The notes under the pieces were generated by a model, which saw nothing but the letters and a program-made list of their open reading frames with translations, made no database searches and had not been told where the DNA came from. Below are positions 41,438 through 44,487 of a stretch of 44,487 bases of DNA, in pieces (position 1 is the first letter of the stretch; every line of letters begins with the position of its first letter). Source of the DNA: a virus. Location: the IMG/VR virus record IMGVR_UViG_3300029784_000011, positions 1 through 44,487 of that record; one strand, given 5' to 3'. A program made the position numbers and the translations under genes.

Positions 41438-41740
41438 ATGTACGGATTTTATAAGCCTTATGGGGGCAATGAACAGCTTGTGAGGGTAACTGGTCTTGAT
41501 GGTGCTAAAGCGTATCAAATGCGCCCGAACAGCGTTGTTGCACTATTCGATGGTGCAGAGGACATATTCTATCTCAAGTCAACCGACGGTGCGGGATTCC
41601 CAACAATTCGAATCTTTCGATTTGAAGAGGTAACGGCTACACCGAATGTTTCACAGGAGTACATCACAAAGGCAGAGTTCGAACAGTTTAAGGAGGAAGT
41701 CTTAAATGGGAAGCAGCATATTCAGGAATCAGAACAATAA
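41438..41740 (+). CDS. Hypothetical protein (100 aa)
   Basis: AGGAGG RBS. MYGFYKPYGGNEQLVRVTGLDGAKAY.... No family recognised. Confidence 0.6.
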   Translation: MYGFYKPYGGNEQLVRVTGLDGAKAYQMRPNSVVALFDGAEDIFYLKSTDGAGFPTIRIFRFEEVTATPNVSQEYITKAEFEQFKEEVLNGKQHIQESEQ

Positions 41741-41912
41741 TCAGCTAGGCGATCTAGCGAATCGTGCAAAAGCTATGATGAACGATTCGAGACAAATGCA
41801 GAACGTGATGGGTATGTTATCGGGAAGGGGAGTGTCTGCGGAACAGATGGTGCGTTCTATCTGTAGGGAGCGTGGAATCGATGTAAACGAATTTATGAAC
41901 AGCATTAAATAG
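41706..41912 (+). CDS. Hypothetical protein (68 aa)
   Basis: GGAGGAAG RBS. 35-nt overlap with the upstream gene. Confidence 0.5.
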   Translation: MGSSIFRNQNNNQLGDLANRAKAMMNDSRQMQNVMGMLSGRGVSAEQMVRSICRERGIDVNEFMNSIK

Positions 41913-42162
41913 TTAGTGAAACTTAGAGAAACTTAGAATCGGCACAAAATGTATCGTTTCTGACACGAAATGACACGTTTCGACACGATTAAGCACACAT
42001 ATTTAAAAAAACTACCCTATTTTTTTAAAAACCACTTGCGCAAGTGAAATTTAGCGAAAGTTATTTTAATTTTTTAGAAATTATTTGACTTTCGCGGAAG
42101 TTAGTTAAATTTATCGTCAATTATTTTACTTATTCGGAAAAATCCGAAGGAAGGAGAAGGAA
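41913..42162 (+). promoter_or_regulatory. Repeat-dense AT-rich regulatory region upstream of the moron-like pair
   Basis: GAAACTTAGA x2 tandem (41918-41937). GACACG x3 at an exact 10-nt period (41962-41987). Palindrome CACTTGCGCAAGTG (42033-42046). Repeated AAATTTAKCG..TTATTTTA units. Hairpin TTCGGA/TCCGAA (42133-42148) abutting the RBS. Confidence 0.5.
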
Positions 42163-42744
42163 ATGGAAAACATGAGCTTGTCGGACATTGCCGCCGTGAC
42201 AAAGGATAATGATGATTATTTTGGAAATGGTGGAATGTGGATTTTCGCACTGCTGATTCTCATGATGATGGGAGGCGGATTCTGGAATAGAGGGAATCAG
42301 TCTGAACCAGTGACGGAAGCGGGATTGTGCAATGCGATGAACTTCAACGGTCTGGAGAACAGCGTGGGAAGACTGAACGATAGCCTTCAGAACGATTACA
42401 TGGGCGTGCAGAACGGTATCTCGAATCTCGGTTACGAAACGTTGAGAAACTTCAATGAGACACAGAACAGAATTTCTGATTGTTGCTGTATCACTCAGCG
42501 TGGTATTGACGGCGTTAATTATAACGGAGCAATCAATACGGCGAACATCAATGCGAACACTACAGCGCAGACTCAGAAGATTCTTGACGCATTATCTCAG
42601 AACAAGATTGAGTCGTTGCAGGCACAGGTTACACAGCTTCAGATGCAGAACGCAATGTGCGGTGTCGTAAGATACCCTAACGCTACTACTTATTGCAGTG
42701 GTTCTAATCCGTTCGGTAACTGCGGATGCGGAGTCGCTATTTAA
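42163..42744 (+). CDS. Membrane-anchored Cys-rich protein (193 aa)
   Basis: TM segment MWIFALLILMMMGGGFW. N/Q-rich helical middle. Cys clusters (DCCCITQRG; CGVVRYP..YCSGSNPFGNCGCG). Confidence 0.65.
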   Translation: MENMSLSDIAAVTKDNDDYFGNGGMWIFALLILMMMGGGFWNRGNQSEPVTEAGLCNAMNFNGLENSVGRLNDSLQNDYMGVQNGISNLGYETLRNFNETQNRISDCCCITQRGIDGVNYNGAINTANINANTTAQTQKILDALSQNKIESLQAQVTQLQMQNAMCGVVRYPNATTYCSGSNPFGNCGCGVAI

Positions 42745-42778
42745 TCAAGTGTAAAGGCATATAGCCAAGGAGGGAATT

Positions 42779-43183
42779 ATGAGTTGCAAAAGTGCGATTT
42801 ATGCAGTGAATACAAGCACGGCGACGATTCCGGAAGGTGGAACCTATCAGCCGAATACCATCATTAGACGGTTTGGGCAGTGCTGTCAAATGGCGAATAA
42901 TGCCATGGAGCTGAACGGCCAAGGCTACTATGATGTTGCTGTCACAGCTACGGTGGTAGGAACTGCGGCGGGAAATGTCACAATGGCGGTTTATCAGGAC
43001 GGGGCGCCTGTTCCCGGAATGAATGCTTCACAGACTGTAAAAGCAATCGGTGATACCGTGACGCTCGGAACAAGTGGCATCGTGCGGGTGTACTGCGGAA
43101 AGAACAGTTCTACACTGACTGTTGTAATCGGCGGTCAAGCCGTAACCGGAAGCAATCTCGCCATCGATATTACAAAGCAGTAA
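42779..43183 (+). CDS. BclA C-terminal-domain-like (C1q/TNF jelly-roll-like) protein, 134 aa
   Basis: ...GQGYYDVAVTATVVGTAAGNVTMAVYQDGAPVPGMNASQTV...TLTVVIGGQAVTGSNLAIDITK resembles the beta-sandwich pattern of exosporium BclA-CTD-type domains, with no collagen repeats. Recognition by eye only. Confidence 0.45.
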   Translation: MSCKSAIYAVNTSTATIPEGGTYQPNTIIRRFGQCCQMANNAMELNGQGYYDVAVTATVVGTAAGNVTMAVYQDGAPVPGMNASQTVKAIGDTVTLGTSGIVRVYCGKNSSTLTVVIGGQAVTGSNLAIDITKQ

Positions 43184-43301
43184 GAGAACAAATGTTCTTG
43201 AAATGTGATGATTGGAGGTGTACAATAAGCCTGTACATAATAGCGTTCAGAGTCATTATTGAGCGCCTCCTTTCTCATTAACAATACGGTATTCAGAGAA
43301 A

Positions 43302-43328
43302 AGAGCCGGAGAAATCCGACTCTTTTTT
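43302..43328. terminator. Bidirectional rho-independent terminator between convergent genes
   Basis: AGAGCCGGA / TCCGACTCT (1 mismatch), with T6 downstream on the + strand and a T-rich run on the minus strand. Abuts the stop of the minus-strand gene (43329). Confidence 0.7.
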
Positions 43329-43547
43329 CTATGTGATAAACTTGAGCGAATCAACGCTCACAATCAGCGTGTTCACGTTCCGTCTGTATTGGTTCAGCAA
43401 GTGACCAGTAATAACAAAACAATCGGTGATATTAAACTTTGATGTGTCATAATCAACACAGCGAACGAATACGCCATTGCAGTCAAGAACAAAATAATCA
43501 TCATACCTTCTAGCAAGCATTCCGCTTAATCGAACAAAATTATCCAT
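43329..43547 (-). CDS. Hypothetical protein (72 aa)
   Basis: AAGGAG RBS. Divergent from the HTH gene. No motif recognised. Confidence 0.6.
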   Translation of the reverse strand: MDNFVRLSGMLARRYDDYFVLDCNGVFVRCVDYDTSKFNITDCFVITGHLLNQYRRNVNTLIVSVDSLKFIT

Positions 43548-43639
43548 TGATACGCTCCTTTCCTTATATTTGATAAGTTGGATTGTATCGAAGTTGAAAC
43601 AAAATCACAATTCTAAAAATACACTATTTCCCGATTAAA

Positions 43640-43669
43640 TTGATTACATTTTTGTCAGGTTGATATAAA
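43640..43669 (+). promoter_or_regulatory. Promoter of the right-end HTH gene
   Basis: TTGATT (43640-43645), 18-nt spacer, TATAAA (43664-43669) with an upstream TGa (extended -10). Confidence 0.5.
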
Positions 43670-43690
43670 ATAGGTTGGGAGGTGTGAAAA

Positions 43691-44272
43691 ATGACAGTTG
43701 GAGAAATTATGAAGTACACAAGGAAGCGAGTAGGTAAATCTCAATCTTCCATGGCGGAAGCGCTCAATGTAGAAGTTCGAACTATAGGTAGGTGGGAAAA
43801 CGGAAAAAGCGAACCGACCGTGAGTGAAATGATAGAATGGTTTAGGACCGTTGGAGAGAACCCAATTCCATATATGTTCATATTGACATACCCTGATGAG
43901 TTCGCATTGGAAGAGAGCGAAAATGCGGATAACGTGGATCGCTTATACGAGTTAATGTCTGAAAACCTAACCGCCGAAGATAAGCTTGCATTGGTGTATA
44001 TCTATTCAGGAAATCATGGGTCGAGTCCTGCTTCCGTGATACAACTCACGCTTGCTCATTTGTGCAACCCTTTAGGCGCACGTATTCTTGTAGCCGAACA
44101 CATTCTAGAAGACTATAAGCTGAAGCTAATGAATGATGAAATAGAAGCTCCTGAAGAGTTTCGCCCAAATCTAGCAATGCTTGAAAGAGCTATAGACGCT
44201 GCGAAGGAATCATACATAGACGGAAAGAAGGGGTATAGCAGCCCTTCCTCCGAAGATGTAACAAGCGTGTAA
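43691..44272 (+). CDS. XRE-family HTH protein with an uncharacterised C-terminal domain of about 130 aa
   Basis: MKYTRKRVGKSQSSMAEALNVEVRTIGRWENGKSEP is a classic XRE HTH. GGGAGGTG RBS. Last gene before the att end. Confidence 0.75.
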   Translation: MTVGEIMKYTRKRVGKSQSSMAEALNVEVRTIGRWENGKSEPTVSEMIEWFRTVGENPIPYMFILTYPDEFALEESENADNVDRLYELMSENLTAEDKLALVYIYSGNHGSSPASVIQLTLAHLCNPLGARILVAEHILEDYKLKLMNDEIEAPEEFRPNLAMLERAIDAAKESYIDGKKGYSSPSSEDVTSV

Positions 44273-44303
44273 CAAAATAATTTATAACTTTATATAACAA
44301 TAC

Positions 44304-44368
44304 ATAACACCCCTATCGAAAAATGCGGAGTTTTCAACATTTTCGACAGAGATGTTATCGGGTGTTAT
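44304..44368. promoter_or_regulatory. Long imperfect palindrome in the att-proximal arm (candidate integrase/Xis arm sites or terminator)
   Basis: ATAACACCC (44304-44312) / GGGTGTTAT (44360-44368), with inner arms TCGAAAAATG / CATTTTCGA. ATAACA x2 on the left and TGTTATC x2 on the right. Confidence 0.45.
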
Positions 44369-44379
44369 CCACTTCACAA

Positions 44380-44487
44380 ATAATAATAATCTATGAGAAG
44401 TTGATTGTAATCGTTGATATTAAAAGGTTTGAGAGTGATTACTATAAAAAGTGTAACGAGAATGTAACATTTGATAAGATTAGTCGC
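44380..44487. repeat. Right copy of the 108-bp perfect terminal direct repeat
   Basis: Identical to 1-108. Confidence 0.95.

Larger units (their letters stand above)
1..44487. mobile_element. Complete temperate phage / prophage genome (44,379 unique bp) bounded by a 108-bp direct repeat
   Basis: Integrase, CI/Cro-like switch, replication, packaging, capsid, fibre and lysis modules are present in canonical order. The first 108 nt recur exactly at the end of the window. Confidence 0.9.

Noticed and set aside
44365-44373. DnaA-box-like TTATCCACT near the att end
   Set aside because: It is a single 8/9 match with no cluster and no adjacent AT-rich unwinding element. The iteron origin at 5442-5600 is a far better origin candidate.
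1-44487. tRNA, rRNA, tmRNA genes or self-splicing introns
   Set aside because: I saw no cloverleaf-compatible segments or GTTCRANYC-type T-loops in intergenic regions and no interrupted conserved genes. A tRNAscan-SE or Infernal run would be needed to exclude them formally.

Overview
The window is one complete temperate phage or prophage genome: 44,379 unique bp closed by a perfect 108-bp direct repeat (1-108 = 44380-44487).

Gene order:
- Tyrosine integrase and a CI-like repressor on the minus strand, facing a cro/xis-like early operon.
- A recombination and replication module: Rad52/Sak-like annealase, HNH nuclease, NinB-like protein, SSB, a replisome organiser with iterons inside its own gene, and a DnaC-like loader.
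- Many small early genes, including a DUF1064-type nuclease, a Dam-type methyltransferase and a MazG-like protein.
- A reverse-oriented ArdA anti-restriction cassette.
- terS, terL, portal, Prp-like protease, scaffold, N4-type major capsid protein, adaptor, fibres.
- Holin and two cell-wall hydrolases.
- A 3,170-aa polyvalent protein ending in an M23 peptidase.
- A sigma-region-4-like regulator and a moron-like block next to the att end.

No tail tube, sheath or classical tape-measure genes are visible, so I infer a podovirus-like virion. AGGAGG-type Shine-Dalgarno sites and SPOR/SH3b/BclA-like domains suggest a Gram-positive (Bacillota) host.

Most unusual observations:
1. Two ORF-free, strongly purine-skewed spacers of about 0.5 kb (5927-6439 and 8604-9168). 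They share a vocabulary of short degenerate repeats. They bracket the loader gene and a 205-aa protein with a RAMP/Cas6-like C-terminal glycine loop.
2. A promoter- and terminator-dense, ORF-poor hub (13605-13925) beside the ArdA cassette, with repeats that match the ardA leader.
3. The giant polyvalent protein.
4. A Prp-like protease with L27-like leaders on the scaffold and capsid proteins.

All functional calls come from motif recognition by eye. No database searches or computations were run.
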